The notes: a model not told the origin generated them from the letters alone. Shown: positions 51,072-61,001, counted from the stretch's first letter. The stretch: DNA of 64,000 nt from Gemmatimonadota bacterium (GCA_028877215.1 JAPPFJ010000025.1:146233-210232); one strand, 5' to 3'. Translations and numbers: made by a program.

Positions 51072-51683
51072 ATGAGAGTCGGCGCCCTCGTGATGTGCGG
51101 CGGACGAAGCCGAAGAATGGGAACGTCCAAGGCCTGGTTGCGCTTCGGCGAAGAGTACCTGCTGCAGCGTGTGGTCCGCGTGTTCAGGGGTACGCTCGAA
51201 CCCGTGTTTGTGGTTTCCGCGCCGGGGCAACGACTGCCGCGTTTACCCGGGAACGTCGGTATTATTCAGGATCGGGTGTCCGATATGGGACCGTTGGAGG
51301 CGCTGGCGGCGGGACTCGAAGCCATATCCGATCAGGCAGATGCGGCATTTGCCTGCGGTTGCGATGCACCCTTTCTGCGTCCGGAATTCGTGCGTCGCCT
51401 GGCGCGATTGGCGGGTGAAGCCGAAATTACCGTGCCGCACGAAGACGGCCGTCTGCATCCGCTTGCGGCCGTTTATCGGGTGTCGGTATTGCCACAGATT
51501 CAGGAAATGCTGGATGCCGGCACCCTCAGACTCACGACGCTGTCGGAACGATGTTGCTGCCGCAGGGTGCCCGGTTCCGCCTTACGGGACGTCGATCCTG
51601 AACTCGAGTCGCTGCGAAATATCAACACCCCGGAGGAATACAGGGACGCGCTCTCGACCGCCGGCATCCTCTGCAGGGATTGA
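51072..51683 (+). CDS. mobA: Molybdenum cofactor nucleotidyltransferase (MobA-like)
   Basis: ORF 51015..51683. The ATG at 51072 lies 2 nt after the archease stop. LVMCGGRSRRMG.SKA.L and D...MGPLEALAAGL are MobA-type motifs. I cannot separate guanylyl- from cytidylyl-transferase specificity by eye. Confidence 0.75.
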   Translation: MRVGALVMCGGRSRRMGTSKAWLRFGEEYLLQRVVRVFRGTLEPVFVVSAPGQRLPRLPGNVGIIQDRVSDMGPLEALAAGLEAISDQADAAFACGCDAPFLRPEFVRRLARLAGEAEITVPHEDGRLHPLAAVYRVSVLPQIQEMLDAGTLRLTTLSERCCCRRVPGSALRDVDPELESLRNINTPEEYRDALSTAGILCRD

Positions 51684-51835
51684 TCAGCCCGGGAAATCTT
51701 GGTATATTGATTTCGGGGTTCGCGCAGCAGCCCGTAAGCCGGGTGTTCGGCCGACGTTCGGTCGCGCGGCACGGCGATGCGAGCGCGGAGTGGCGCAGCA
51801 CATTACAATACCGTCATCATTTCAGGGAGGGCGCG

Positions 51836-52138
51836 ATGCACGAGGACAAGACTCTGGTGACCGAGGATGAAATCCTGGAAGCGCTGAAGGATCTGGAAGG
51901 CTGGGAATACGATCGGGAAAACAGGGCGCTGCAGAGGGTATGGAATTTTCAGAAGTTCGTCCCGACGATGGCATTCGTGCGCACGATTACCCAGGTCATG
52001 GACCATAACAACCATCACTCGGACCTCAATCTGGACAGCAGGAGCAAGACCCTCACGGTTACGGTGACCACTCACAGCGAAAACGCCGTCACCCGGGCAG
52101 ACCTCGATTTTGCCAACGCGGTGAATGCCGCTGAATAA
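51836..52138 (+). CDS. Pterin-4a-carbinolamine dehydratase (PCD/DCoH, COG2154)-like protein
   Basis: ORF 51680..52138. The ATG at 51836 is preceded by AGGGAGG. L..L.GWEY......L.R.W.F..F, followed by DHNNHHSDL....SKTLTVTVTTHS. Confidence 0.7.
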   Translation: MHEDKTLVTEDEILEALKDLEGWEYDRENRALQRVWNFQKFVPTMAFVRTITQVMDHNNHHSDLNLDSRSKTLTVTVTTHSENAVTRADLDFANAVNAAE

Positions 52139-52294
52139 ACGGCGGCACCGCATCCGGTCCGATGCCCTATACCGGCTGTTCGGGTCCGGCTGGCGGGACC
52201 GGGACACGATTGCACAGCGGGCAGACCCGAACGCAATCCCGCGAAACCGGGAACTTCGAACACTCCGGACCGCACCACCGGGTGGCGATTGGAC

Positions 52295-52323
52295 TTGCAA
52301 ATTCAGAGAAAGTTCGTTATGTT
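52295..52323 (+). promoter_or_regulatory. Candidate sigma-70 promoter for the glutaredoxin-like gene
   Basis: TTGCAA, 17-nt spacer, TATGTT, 60 nt upstream of the ATG. Confidence 0.4.
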
Positions 52324-52382
52324 AGTTTGGCATCGGAAATGTTGCGTTTCGTCGGATAATTCATCGAAAAGGAGAAATTCCA

Positions 52383-52745
52383 ATGGGTAATCCCGCGATT
52401 ACCGCTTACCTGAAACCCCAATGCGGATGGAGCCGGGGCATTCGGGCGGTGTTGGCCAAATACGGGCTCGAATACGTAGACAAGGACATTATCAACGTAC
52501 CTGAAAACTACGAAGAAATGGTTCGCAAGAGTGGCCAGCCTCTCCAGCCCACGCTGGACTTCGACGGGCAGATTCTTGCCGATATCAGCGGGGAGGAACT
52601 GGAAGCCTATCTGGTCAATAATGGATATCGGCCGGCGGGCCCCGAACCCGGTGTTCCCACGGACAGTGCCTGTACGGACGAGGAACACGAGGCTATGGCG
52701 AGGTCTCAACCGGTGGTTTTCTTCAACAACAGGACAGGAAATTAA
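52383..52745 (+). CDS. Glutaredoxin-like protein (thioredoxin fold, CGWS motif)
   Basis: 120 aa. AGGAGA RBS. ITAYLKPQCGWSRG...L...G.EY...DI has the Grx-like layout, with a ~40 aa C-terminal extension. Confidence 0.65.
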   Translation: MGNPAITAYLKPQCGWSRGIRAVLAKYGLEYVDKDIINVPENYEEMVRKSGQPLQPTLDFDGQILADISGEELEAYLVNNGYRPAGPEPGVPTDSACTDEEHEAMARSQPVVFFNNRTGN

Positions 52746-52804
52746 CGTACAGGGTCCAGATTGATCCATAAAAGAGGCGGCCCCATCGGGACCGCCTCTT
52801 TTAC

Positions 52805-53563
52805 ATGGCCCGCGCCGAAGGCGAAACAGTGGGATTCAAATCGGGTCTCGCCGCTTGTAATCAGGCGGGTGCGGAACGGCTGCTCTTCAAACAGATTGCA
52901 GCTTGCGACAACTGTGAACGGCTGGTCGACTTCCGGGCCACGTTCAAATCCCCGGACAATCGGCAGGAGCATGTCGACGGTTACTGGGCGAAACCGGTGC
53001 CGGGTTTCGGCGATGCATCGGGCAGGCTGCTTGTAATCGGTCTCGCGCCGGGCGCTCACGGGGCGAACCGGACCGGCAGGCCATTTACGGGCGACCATGC
53101 CGGTCGGGTACTCTACGGCGCGCTATTCCGGCACGGGTTCAGCGATCGACCGGAATCCAGCCACGCGAACGACGGTCTCAAACTCAAAGGCGTCTACATT
53201 ACGAATGCCGTAAAGTGTGTCCCGCCCGAGAACAGGCCGAACGGAAGCGAGAAACGCGCCTGCCGGAGCTGGCTGCGAATGGAGATGCAGCGATTGAGGC
53301 GGATTCGTGTTGTGCTCGCCATGGGGAAAGACGCGTTCGAGGCCTACCTGCGACTTCTGAAGGCGGATGAAATCATCGAGAGTGTGGGGCGCTACCGGTT
53401 CGTGCACGGAAGGACCTATCGGTTCGACCGCGATTCCAGGATTCTGGTTGCCAGTTACCACTTCAGCCGTTACAATATAAACACGGGAAGGCTCACGGAA
53501 CCGATGGTTGAAGGATTGTTCGAGACGATGAATCGCCTGCTGGCGGATTCACGCGGGAATTAA
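52805..53563 (+). CDS. Uracil-DNA glycosylase superfamily protein, family 4/5 (UdgB-like)
   Basis: 252 aa. N-terminal Cys residues (C.....C..C), motif A VIGLAPGAHGANRTGRPFTGD, ITNAVKCVPP, motif B-like SYHFSRYN. Confidence 0.8.
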   Translation: MARAEGETVGFKSGLAACNQAGAERLLFKQIAACDNCERLVDFRATFKSPDNRQEHVDGYWAKPVPGFGDASGRLLVIGLAPGAHGANRTGRPFTGDHAGRVLYGALFRHGFSDRPESSHANDGLKLKGVYITNAVKCVPPENRPNGSEKRACRSWLRMEMQRLRRIRVVLAMGKDAFEAYLRLLKADEIIESVGRYRFVHGRTYRFDRDSRILVASYHFSRYNINTGRLTEPMVEGLFETMNRLLADSRGN

Positions 53564-53591
53564 TGTTCTGCGGCGGTGGGCAACAGCGTTG

Positions 53592-54182
53592 TCAGGGCGT
53601 CTCAAGATTCCTCAATGACGCGATGTAGGGGAGATTCCGGTAGCGCTGGTCGTAGTCCAGGCCGTATCCGACGACGAATTCATCCGGGATGGTGAAGCCG
53701 ACGTAGTCCACCTGCACGTCCACGACTCGACGGGCGGGCTTGTTGAGAAGGCTGCAGACCTTTAAGGTTCGCGGGCTTCTGGTGGCCAGAATACGCAGAA
53801 GATACTCCAGTGTGAGGCCCGTATCGACAATGTCCTCCACAAGGAGCACGTCGGCGCCGGCGATATCCCGATCCAGATCCTTCAGGATCCGCACAACGCC
53901 GGAACTCTTCGTCGACTTACCATAGCTAGCAACGGATATGTATTCGATCTCGGCCGCGACGGAAATTTCCCGGGACAGGTCCGCGAGGAAGAACAGGGCG
54001 CCTTTCAGGATGCCCAGAAGGATGAGAGGCCGCTTTGTACCGCCCATCGACTGAACTTCAGGGCGATCCGGGGAGGCGGCGCGGTCCGAGCTGAAGTCCG
54101 ACGATATCCTGGCGCCCAGGTGGCGGACCCTCTCCTCGATTCTTTCGGCGGTTATCAGGACCTCCGGTGTGGTGTCGGACAT
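53592..54182 (-). CDS. hpt: Hypoxanthine phosphoribosyltransferase
   Basis: ORF 53592..54215; the ATG at 54182 is preferred. LGILKGALFFLADL, the PRPP loop VLLVEDIVDTGLTL, and GFTIPDEFVVGYGLDY.QRYRNLPYI. Confidence 0.9.
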   Translation of the reverse strand: MSDTTPEVLITAERIEERVRHLGARISSDFSSDRAASPDRPEVQSMGGTKRPLILLGILKGALFFLADLSREISVAAEIEYISVASYGKSTKSSGVVRILKDLDRDIAGADVLLVEDIVDTGLTLEYLLRILATRSPRTLKVCSLLNKPARRVVDVQVDYVGFTIPDEFVVGYGLDYDQRYRNLPYIASLRNLETP

Positions 54183-54302
54183 AGAAGAACCAGGAAGACG
54201 TGGGTTTACGACCATGGGCCACTCGCATTCGATGCCCTGAACCGCCCTCGTGCGGCGCTCGAGCCGATCGGATGCTGCACAAGATAAGGGGCGGCCGGCG
54301 AT

Positions 54303-56396
54303 GTGGCAAACGGCCTTTCCGAATGGGTTGAACGTGCGATGAATTTGATACCAGGCTGGCGATTGGAACGGGCGAGGGAACGCCGGTCAAGTCCGGCATT
54401 CCGCAATGCATACCTTTTACTGGAATCCGAAGCCAAAGCCTTCCTCGACGAAAAACTGCATCCCCAGGATCGCCCGGCGGGATACTACCACAACTACTTT
54501 TGCCCGGATCACGCCGTTGAACTCGCGTTCGACGCAGAATCGCCGAATGCGCATCGATGTCCCAGAGACGGGCGGGTTTTTTCCGGCGAACCGTACGATT
54601 CCGCCTGGCGCTGGTTTGTCAACAACAGACTTTCCAACATGGCATACCGGCTCGCGCTGATGTGGCAATGGGATGCGAACGGCGCATATCTGACACGATG
54701 CAGAGAGATTCTGCTGGCGTACGCCGAGCGTTATCCGGGGTATCCGATTGAGCGGGAACTGCCGTACGGCTGGGGAAAGGTGGCGAACCATTCACTTGAC
54801 GAGGCGGTGTGGCTGATTCCCATCGCGAGGGCGTACGATCTGGTTCGGGAGTTTCTGAGTGTCCGCGAGCGGACGCTGATCGAGACGAACCTGCTCGCGC
54901 TTGCGGCGGAGCATATTCAGGGCCAGAAATTCCACCGCATTCACAACATCGAATGCTGGCACAATGCGGCGATGGCGGCGGTCGGAATCTGCCTGGACGA
55001 CGCGGGGTTTCAGAAGATGGCCCTGGAGGACAGGTTCGGATTCCATCACCAGTTGCGGGAGGGTGTTCTGGACGACGGGATGTGGTGGGAGGGGTCTTCC
55101 AGCTACCATTTCTATACCCTCGCCGCCCTGATTGCCCACATCCAGGTATTGGAAAACAACGGTGCGCGTCTGCACGACGACGACCGGCTAAAGGCGATGT
55201 TCCGAGCGCCTGTCTTGCTGGCGTTTCCCGATTTCAGGCTTCCCGCCACGAATGACTGCTGGTATTTCTCCTCCCTGTTGTCGGACGTCTGCCACGGCGT
55301 ACCGCCGGCGGAGTCCTTTTACGAGGTGGCATACGGGTGGTATGGAGAACCGGATTTCGCCCGGATTCTCGAACGCAACTATGCCCGAAGGCCCCGAACG
55401 GCCGTGGAGTCGCTTCTATACGGCGAAGAGTTGCCCGACTCGGGCGGCGAATTCGATTCGGAAAGCGCCGTACTTAAGCCGTCGGGTATCGCCATATTGA
55501 GATCCAGGGATGCAATCGAAGCGCAAAGCTGCGTGCTGTTGAAGTACGGCCCGCACGGCGGCGGGCACGGACATCCCGACAAACTTTCGATTTCTTACTA
55601 TGCGCGCGGCTTTCCGGTGGCCACGGACCTGGGCACGCCCGGATACGGCGTTGGCCTGAACGAGACCTGGTATCGACAGACGCTCAGCCACAACACCGTG
55701 ACGGTAAACGGCCGCTCCCAGCCACCGGCGGAAGGGCGACTGGTGAGATTCGATGCAAAACGCACGAGCGGCTTTGAAGTGGTCGATGCCGGCGTTACGT
55801 GGGAGGATGACTTCTACGCCGGGGTTACGATGCGCCGGGTCATTCTCTGGACGGATTCATACTTCTGGGATGTGTTCCACGTGGCGGCGCCGCAGGAGTG
55901 CCAGTTGGACTGGGCCTGCAGGTTCCAGGCCCGTCGTCACAGGCACTCGGGTCTGTCTTGTCTCGGGTCGATTTCACTTTCGGGCGACGGATACGCCCAC
56001 GTCCGTCAGCCGGTTGAATTCGCACCCAAGCAAATGGTAACGTTGGAATGGGGCCTGCCGAAGGGCGGGGTGGGGGCATTCCTTCCAGAAGACGGCCGCA
56101 CGCGAATCATCCTGGGAGAAGCGCCGCTGCAACCTGCGTCGGATACCGGCGATTTGCTCATCCGCCGTCGAAACGCCCGAGAGACAACCTATGTCGGGCT
56201 TATGCATCACTGGGACACGGCGCCGTCGGTCCGCCGCGTCGAGGCGGTCGGACTGGAAGGCACCGGCGGGACCACCGGATTCCTGGTGCACACGGGGACT
56301 GAGACGCATCTCTGGGTCCTGTCGGAAGCTGTCCCGGACCTCTCGGGCGTGGATGCCGACCGGACGTTTGTCTACCCGCTACAGGAGCCGGCATGA
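54303..56396 (+). CDS. Heparinase II/III-like / alginate-lyase-fold protein
   Basis: 697 aa, GTG start (alternative ATG at 54342). Alpha/alpha-toroid-like N-terminal half (IECWHNAA, SSSYHFYT) and a C-terminal half with HGGGHGHPDKLS and LSHNTVTVNG, typical of heparinase II/III-like proteins. Confidence 0.7.
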   Translation: MANGLSEWVERAMNLIPGWRLERARERRSSPAFRNAYLLLESEAKAFLDEKLHPQDRPAGYYHNYFCPDHAVELAFDAESPNAHRCPRDGRVFSGEPYDSAWRWFVNNRLSNMAYRLALMWQWDANGAYLTRCREILLAYAERYPGYPIERELPYGWGKVANHSLDEAVWLIPIARAYDLVREFLSVRERTLIETNLLALAAEHIQGQKFHRIHNIECWHNAAMAAVGICLDDAGFQKMALEDRFGFHHQLREGVLDDGMWWEGSSSYHFYTLAALIAHIQVLENNGARLHDDDRLKAMFRAPVLLAFPDFRLPATNDCWYFSSLLSDVCHGVPPAESFYEVAYGWYGEPDFARILERNYARRPRTAVESLLYGEELPDSGGEFDSESAVLKPSGIAILRSRDAIEAQSCVLLKYGPHGGGHGHPDKLSISYYARGFPVATDLGTPGYGVGLNETWYRQTLSHNTVTVNGRSQPPAEGRLVRFDAKRTSGFEVVDAGVTWEDDFYAGVTMRRVILWTDSYFWDVFHVAAPQECQLDWACRFQARRHRHSGLSCLGSISLSGDGYAHVRQPVEFAPKQMVTLEWGLPKGGVGAFLPEDGRTRIILGEAPLQPASDTGDLLIRRRNARETTYVGLMHHWDTAPSVRRVEAVGLEGTGGTTGFLVHTGTETHLWVLSEAVPDLSGVDADRTFVYPLQEPA

Positions 56397-56567
56397 CGTT
56401 GGATTTCGCCATTTGCTTTTTCCTCTGTGATCGTTATTTTTCGATGTTTGCATCGTTCTCAGGGCAGCAGTCGTTTTCGGACATTCCAACACAACAACAT
56501 TAAATAAGAGAGATAACCTGTTGTGGAAGAATCGGTTAAAGGAATAAGCGGAGAGTTTGGAGATGCG

Positions 56568-57896
56568 ATGAGCCGGTCCCGGGCGCTTTATGAAAAAGCC
56601 TCGAAGATTTTTCCGGGCGGCGTGACCCACGACTTAAGGTACTGTGCGCCGTTTCCCATCTATGCAAATCGCGCCCGGGCGGGCCGCAAATGGGACGTGG
56701 ACGGCAGGGAGTACGTGGACCTGTGGATGGGGCACGGAGCCCTGTTGCTGGGTCATTGCTTCCCGGATATGGTCTCTGCCGTATCGGAACAGGTGGCGCG
56801 TGGCACTCACTATGGCGCGTGTCACGAGTTGGAAGTGGAATGGGGTGAGTGGGTCACGAAACTTATACCCTCCGCCGAACGTGTGCGATTTACAAGCTCC
56901 GGCACGGAAGCGACGCTGATGGCGCTCCGGCTGGCGCGGACGTTTACCGGAAAGCGCAAGGTTCTCAAATTCCTCGGCCACTTCCATGGATGGCACGACA
57001 ACCTCATCGTGGGCGTGTTGCCGCCCTTCGACGAACCCGTGCCCGCCGGCGTTCTTCGCGAAGTGGCGGATACCGTGTGCCTGTGTGCGCCGAACCGGAT
57101 CGATCGGGTCGAGGACTTTCTGAAACAGGACGACGACATTGCCTGTGTCATTGTGGAACCTACAGGCGCCTCATTCGGCGTGGCACCCCTCCGTCCGGGT
57201 TTTCTTGAAGAGCTGCGCCGCGTTACGTCTCGGCACGACGTGCTGCTGATCTTCGATGAAGTCATCACCGGCTTTCGATGCTCGCCCGGGGGCGCCCAGG
57301 CCCATTTCAACGTCAGACCAGACCTCACCTCGCTGGCGAAAATTCTCGCGGGAGGACTTCCCGGGGGCTGCCTGGCGGGTCGGCAGGATATCATGGATCT
57401 GCTGGAATTCAGGGGAGAACGGGAGTGGGATACCTGCCGGAAAATGCCGCATCAGGGTACCTTTAACGCGAATCCCATTTCTGCGGCCGCCGGGATTGCA
57501 ACGCTCAGTGCGATCGAAGACGGAACACACATCGCGCGCGCAAACCGGAACGCCGGCGTCCTTCGCGACCGTCTCAACGCCGTCATCTCGGACCACGGTG
57601 TGGACTGGGTCGTCTATGGGGACTTTTCGGGGATCAAATTCCTGCCCGAGAGTGGACCCTTGGCGCAGAGCCTGGAGCAGATAGCAGGGGGGACGTATGA
57701 CGACCGAAGGCTGAAGACCCCAGATCCCGTGTTGAGAGATGCGTTCCGTACCGGGATGCAACTCGAGGGTGTCGACCTCAACGGATTGGTCGGGATGACG
57801 GCATCCGTACACACCGAAGAAGACCTCGACCACGTTGTACGCGCATTCGACCGAACCCTGCACAGATTGAAGGGGCAGGGCCTGACCGGCCGGTGA
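56568..57896 (+). CDS. Class III PLP-dependent aminotransferase (glutamate-1-semialdehyde aminomutase-like)
   Basis: ORF 56523..57896; the ATG at 56568 is preferred. S..LYEKA.K.FPGGV, SGTEA.L.ALRLAR, LIFDEVITGFR, and DL.SLAKILAGGLP (PLP lysine). Confidence 0.85.
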   Translation: MSRSRALYEKASKIFPGGVTHDLRYCAPFPIYANRARAGRKWDVDGREYVDLWMGHGALLLGHCFPDMVSAVSEQVARGTHYGACHELEVEWGEWVTKLIPSAERVRFTSSGTEATLMALRLARTFTGKRKVLKFLGHFHGWHDNLIVGVLPPFDEPVPAGVLREVADTVCLCAPNRIDRVEDFLKQDDDIACVIVEPTGASFGVAPLRPGFLEELRRVTSRHDVLLIFDEVITGFRCSPGGAQAHFNVRPDLTSLAKILAGGLPGGCLAGRQDIMDLLEFRGEREWDTCRKMPHQGTFNANPISAAAGIATLSAIEDGTHIARANRNAGVLRDRLNAVISDHGVDWVVYGDFSGIKFLPESGPLAQSLEQIAGGTYDDRRLKTPDPVLRDAFRTGMQLEGVDLNGLVGMTASVHTEEDLDHVVRAFDRTLHRLKGQGLTGR

Positions 57897-58044
57897 CGGA
57901 CGGGATGCGAATGCGCGTTCGTGAGGCGGTCCGGTGCATTGGGGAACCTGTATCGCGGGATCCCGGGGAATGCGGCGAAGTCAATTCTGAACTGCGTTAA
58001 TCCGAGTTTTTTCCTGTCAATGTGGAAATGGCGGGCGATTCGTC

Positions 58045-59877
58045 ATGCCAGACCGGATCCGGATTCTATCCGACGAGATTGCCAATCGTATCGCCGCGGG
58101 TGAAGCCGTCGAGCGCCCGGGCTCTGCAATCAAGGAACTGGTGGAAAACGCGATCGATGCAGGGGCGGACCGCATCGTAACTGAAGTAACCGAAGGCGGA
58201 AAAGAGACCATTCGGGTCAGCGACAACGGCTGCGGAATGTCTCGTGAAGACGCATTGCTGGCCCTGGAACGCCACGCAACGAGCAAAATTGCCGATCTGT
58301 CCGACCTTCGCACGCTGCGTACGCTCGGGTTTCGCGGAGAGGCGCTGCCGAGTATTGCGGCGGTGTCACGAATGGTTATCGAAACCCGCGATTCGGAGGA
58401 GTTACAGGGCACACGCGTTCGGGTCGAAAGCGGCCGTGTGCGCGACGTGTCGCCAACAGGCCGGGACCGGGGGACGACGGTCGCCGTTCACGGCCTGTTT
58501 TTCAATGTACCCGCCAGGCGAAAGTTTCTGAAGGGCGTCGAGACCGAATTCAAACACGTGTCGGACGCTCTGACGGGCCTGGCGCTGGCCTATCCTTCCG
58601 TTGCATTCGTGCTTTCTCACAATGGGCGCGAAATCCTGAACCTGGCCAGGTCCGAGCGCCAACACCGCCTGGAGGCGGTATTCGGCGTTCGGTTCGGCCG
58701 CGACGCCGTTTTTCTCGATGGTGAACGGCACGGTGTTCGGGTCTGGGGGTTCGCCGGCAGGCCGGAACTGGCGCGAAAGTCGGGCGCGCAGCAGGCAACG
58801 GTCGTCAACGGTCGCTGGGTGCGCGACAGGGGGGTGACGTTTGCCGTACACGATGGCTTTGGCGGACTGCTCGTGAAGGGTTTCCATCCCGCTTTTGCGC
58901 TTCTTCTGGATCTGGATCCCTCACGTCTCGACGTCAATGTGCATCCGGCCAAGCGCGAGGTGCGTTTTGCGGACGAAACCAAGGTTTACGGCGCGGTTGC
59001 TGAAGTTGTGCGAGCGGGGTTGAGGGAGGAGGACCTGGTTCCGGAAGTGGCCGACGGCATCGCCTCACCCGCGATTCCGGCAGGGGCGGCCGCGCAGGCA
59101 ACGCCGGACCTGGCCGGTGGCATTGCGGACGCGCCGGTGGAGCAGGAGGCCTACCTTTCGGAGCCCCTGGGCCTGGAAGACGTGCAGATGGCGCTTTCAC
59201 TGACCGTGAGGAAGACGGCCGGAGGGTGCCGGGAACAAACCGACAGCGCCGTGGATACAGACCTGGCGGACGAAGAAACGGTCGATCGGGTCCCCGTCTG
59301 GCAGGTACACGACAGATACGTCCTCGCGCATATCAAGAACGGCCTGATTTTTGTGGATCAACACCTGGCACATCAGCGGATGATCTACGAACAGACGCTG
59401 AGTCTTTTCGAATCCAACGCCGGATTGGGCCAGAGACTTCTGTTTCCCGTCACGCTTGACTTCGGCTTGCGGCAGATCCACAGGGTCAGAGAGGCGATGC
59501 CGCTGCTGGAAGCCATGGGCTTCGGCATAAGGGATTTTGGCGCCAACACCGTGGTCGTGGATGCCATTCCCGTGGAACTCAAAGTATGGGAAGACGGCCG
59601 GCTTCTGCAGGAAATCGTGGACGAGCTTGGCGAACGGGAGCGCCAGTCTTCCGTCCCGGCAGGCGGTCAAAAAGCGTCTTCTCCGCTTAAGCACCGACTG
59701 GCCGCCGCCTACGCCCGGCACACCGCCATCCGTACAGGAGAGCGGCTGTCCGCGAGGGAGATGCGGGCGCTGATCGACCGGCTGTTCGCCACGCGCGAAC
59801 CGTTCGTTTGCCCGCAGGGCAGGCCAACCGTGGTAAAGATGTCTCTGGATGAACTCGACCGGCAATTCAACAGATAG
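58045..59877 (+). CDS. mutL: DNA mismatch repair protein MutL
   Basis: 610 aa. IRILSDEIANRIAAGE.VERP.SAIKELVENAIDAG, DNG.GM, GFRGEAL, and a C-terminal dimerisation/endonuclease region. Confidence 0.95.
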   Translation: MPDRIRILSDEIANRIAAGEAVERPGSAIKELVENAIDAGADRIVTEVTEGGKETIRVSDNGCGMSREDALLALERHATSKIADLSDLRTLRTLGFRGEALPSIAAVSRMVIETRDSEELQGTRVRVESGRVRDVSPTGRDRGTTVAVHGLFFNVPARRKFLKGVETEFKHVSDALTGLALAYPSVAFVLSHNGREILNLARSERQHRLEAVFGVRFGRDAVFLDGERHGVRVWGFAGRPELARKSGAQQATVVNGRWVRDRGVTFAVHDGFGGLLVKGFHPAFALLLDLDPSRLDVNVHPAKREVRFADETKVYGAVAEVVRAGLREEDLVPEVADGIASPAIPAGAAAQATPDLAGGIADAPVEQEAYLSEPLGLEDVQMALSLTVRKTAGGCREQTDSAVDTDLADEETVDRVPVWQVHDRYVLAHIKNGLIFVDQHLAHQRMIYEQTLSLFESNAGLGQRLLFPVTLDFGLRQIHRVREAMPLLEAMGFGIRDFGANTVVVDAIPVELKVWEDGRLLQEIVDELGERERQSSVPAGGQKASSPLKHRLAAAYARHTAIRTGERLSAREMRALIDRLFATREPFVCPQGRPTVVKMSLDELDRQFNR

Positions 59878-60790
59878 TCGGCGCCGGGTATTGGCGCTGG
59901 CGGGCCCCACCGCGTCCGGCAAGACCCGGGTTGGCATCGCCCTGGCGAGGGCGCTTGGCGGTGAAGTGGTTTCCGGCGATGCGCGTCAGGTCTACCGGTA
60001 TTTGGACATCGGTACAGCCAAACCCACGACGGAAGAGCGCGCTCTCGCGAGGCACCATATGCTCGATGTCGTGGACCCCGACGAGACCTATAGCGCCGGG
60101 CACTATGCGATCGATGCGTCCGCGGCGATCAAGTCGATTCTGGACCGGAATCGCGTTCCGATCCTGGTCGGCGGGTCGGGTTTGTATCTGAAGGCGACGC
60201 TCGACGGATTCTCGCCGCTCCCGCGCACCCCGCGGGCGGTCCGAGGACGTTTACTGGATGCGGCGCAGGAAGATCCGGCGGGAGTCTATCAGAGGCTGCG
60301 AGAGGTCGACCCCGTGACGGCCGGACGATTGCACGCCAACGATACCAAGCGAATCGTACGCGCGCTGGAGGTCTTCGAACTGACAGGGACGCCGCTCTCG
60401 GTGCTTCACCAGCAGCCCATGAAACGGACAGAAGACTGGCGCGTCGAGTGGTTCGGGTTGGAAATGGACCGGCAGGTGCTTTACCGGAGGATCGAAGAAA
60501 GAGTGGACCGGATGATCGCGGCCGGACTCGTGGACGAAGTCCGGGAACTGGAACGCCGCGGTTACAGCCGTGAGCTCAACGCGCTCAATACCTTCGGATA
60601 CCGGGAGGTATTCGATCATCTGGACGGCGAATTGGATCTGGCTGAAACCGCGGCGCAGATCAAGATGGGCACCAGGCGCTATGCCAAACGCCAGCTTACA
60701 TGGTTCCGCAAGGAAACGCGGCTGACGTGGATCGATGCCGGCCGGGTCGATGCGCCGGCCGCCATCCTCAAATTCCTTGACACACATTAA
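59849..60790 (+). CDS. miaA: tRNA dimethylallyltransferase MiaA
   Basis: 313 aa. P-loop GPTASGKT, DARQVYR.LDIGTAKP, VGGSGLY. The ATG at 59849 overlaps mutL by 29 nt. An in-frame TTG at 59891 is a non-overlapping alternative. Confidence 0.9.
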   Translation: MNSTGNSTDSRRRVLALAGPTASGKTRVGIALARALGGEVVSGDARQVYRYLDIGTAKPTTEERALARHHMLDVVDPDETYSAGHYAIDASAAIKSILDRNRVPILVGGSGLYLKATLDGFSPLPRTPRAVRGRLLDAAQEDPAGVYQRLREVDPVTAGRLHANDTKRIVRALEVFELTGTPLSVLHQQPMKRTEDWRVEWFGLEMDRQVLYRRIEERVDRMIAAGLVDEVRELERRGYSRELNALNTFGYREVFDHLDGELDLAETAAQIKMGTRRYAKRQLTWFRKETRLTWIDAGRVDAPAAILKFLDTH

Positions 60791-60861
60791 TGGAGATTGT
60801 AATTTTTGACTCCGGTGTTCTGTCCGAATGGTGTGATATTTCAGGGGCGGGACACCAGGGG

Positions 60862-60937
60862 GCGGGAATAGCTCAGTTGGTAGAGCGCAAGCTTCCCAAG
60901 CTTGATGTCGCGGGTTCGAGTCCCGTTTCCCGCTCCA
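60862..60937 (+). tRNA. tRNA-Gly (anticodon CCC), CCA encoded
   Basis: Hand-folded. Acceptor GCGGGAA/TTCCCGC, anticodon arm CAAGC-TTCCCAA-GCTTG, T arm GCGGG-TTCGAGT-CCCGT. Confidence 0.9.
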
Positions 60938-60966
60938 TAAAATGCGACGTTTACCGCGCAGTCAAT

Positions 60967-61001
60967 GGCCATTTAACCTTCGTGTCTGAATGGCCGTTTT
61001 T
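60967..61001 (+). terminator. Probable terminator after tRNA-Gly
   Basis: 7-bp stem GGCCATT/AATGGCC with a 15-nt loop, followed by GTTTTT. Confidence 0.5.
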
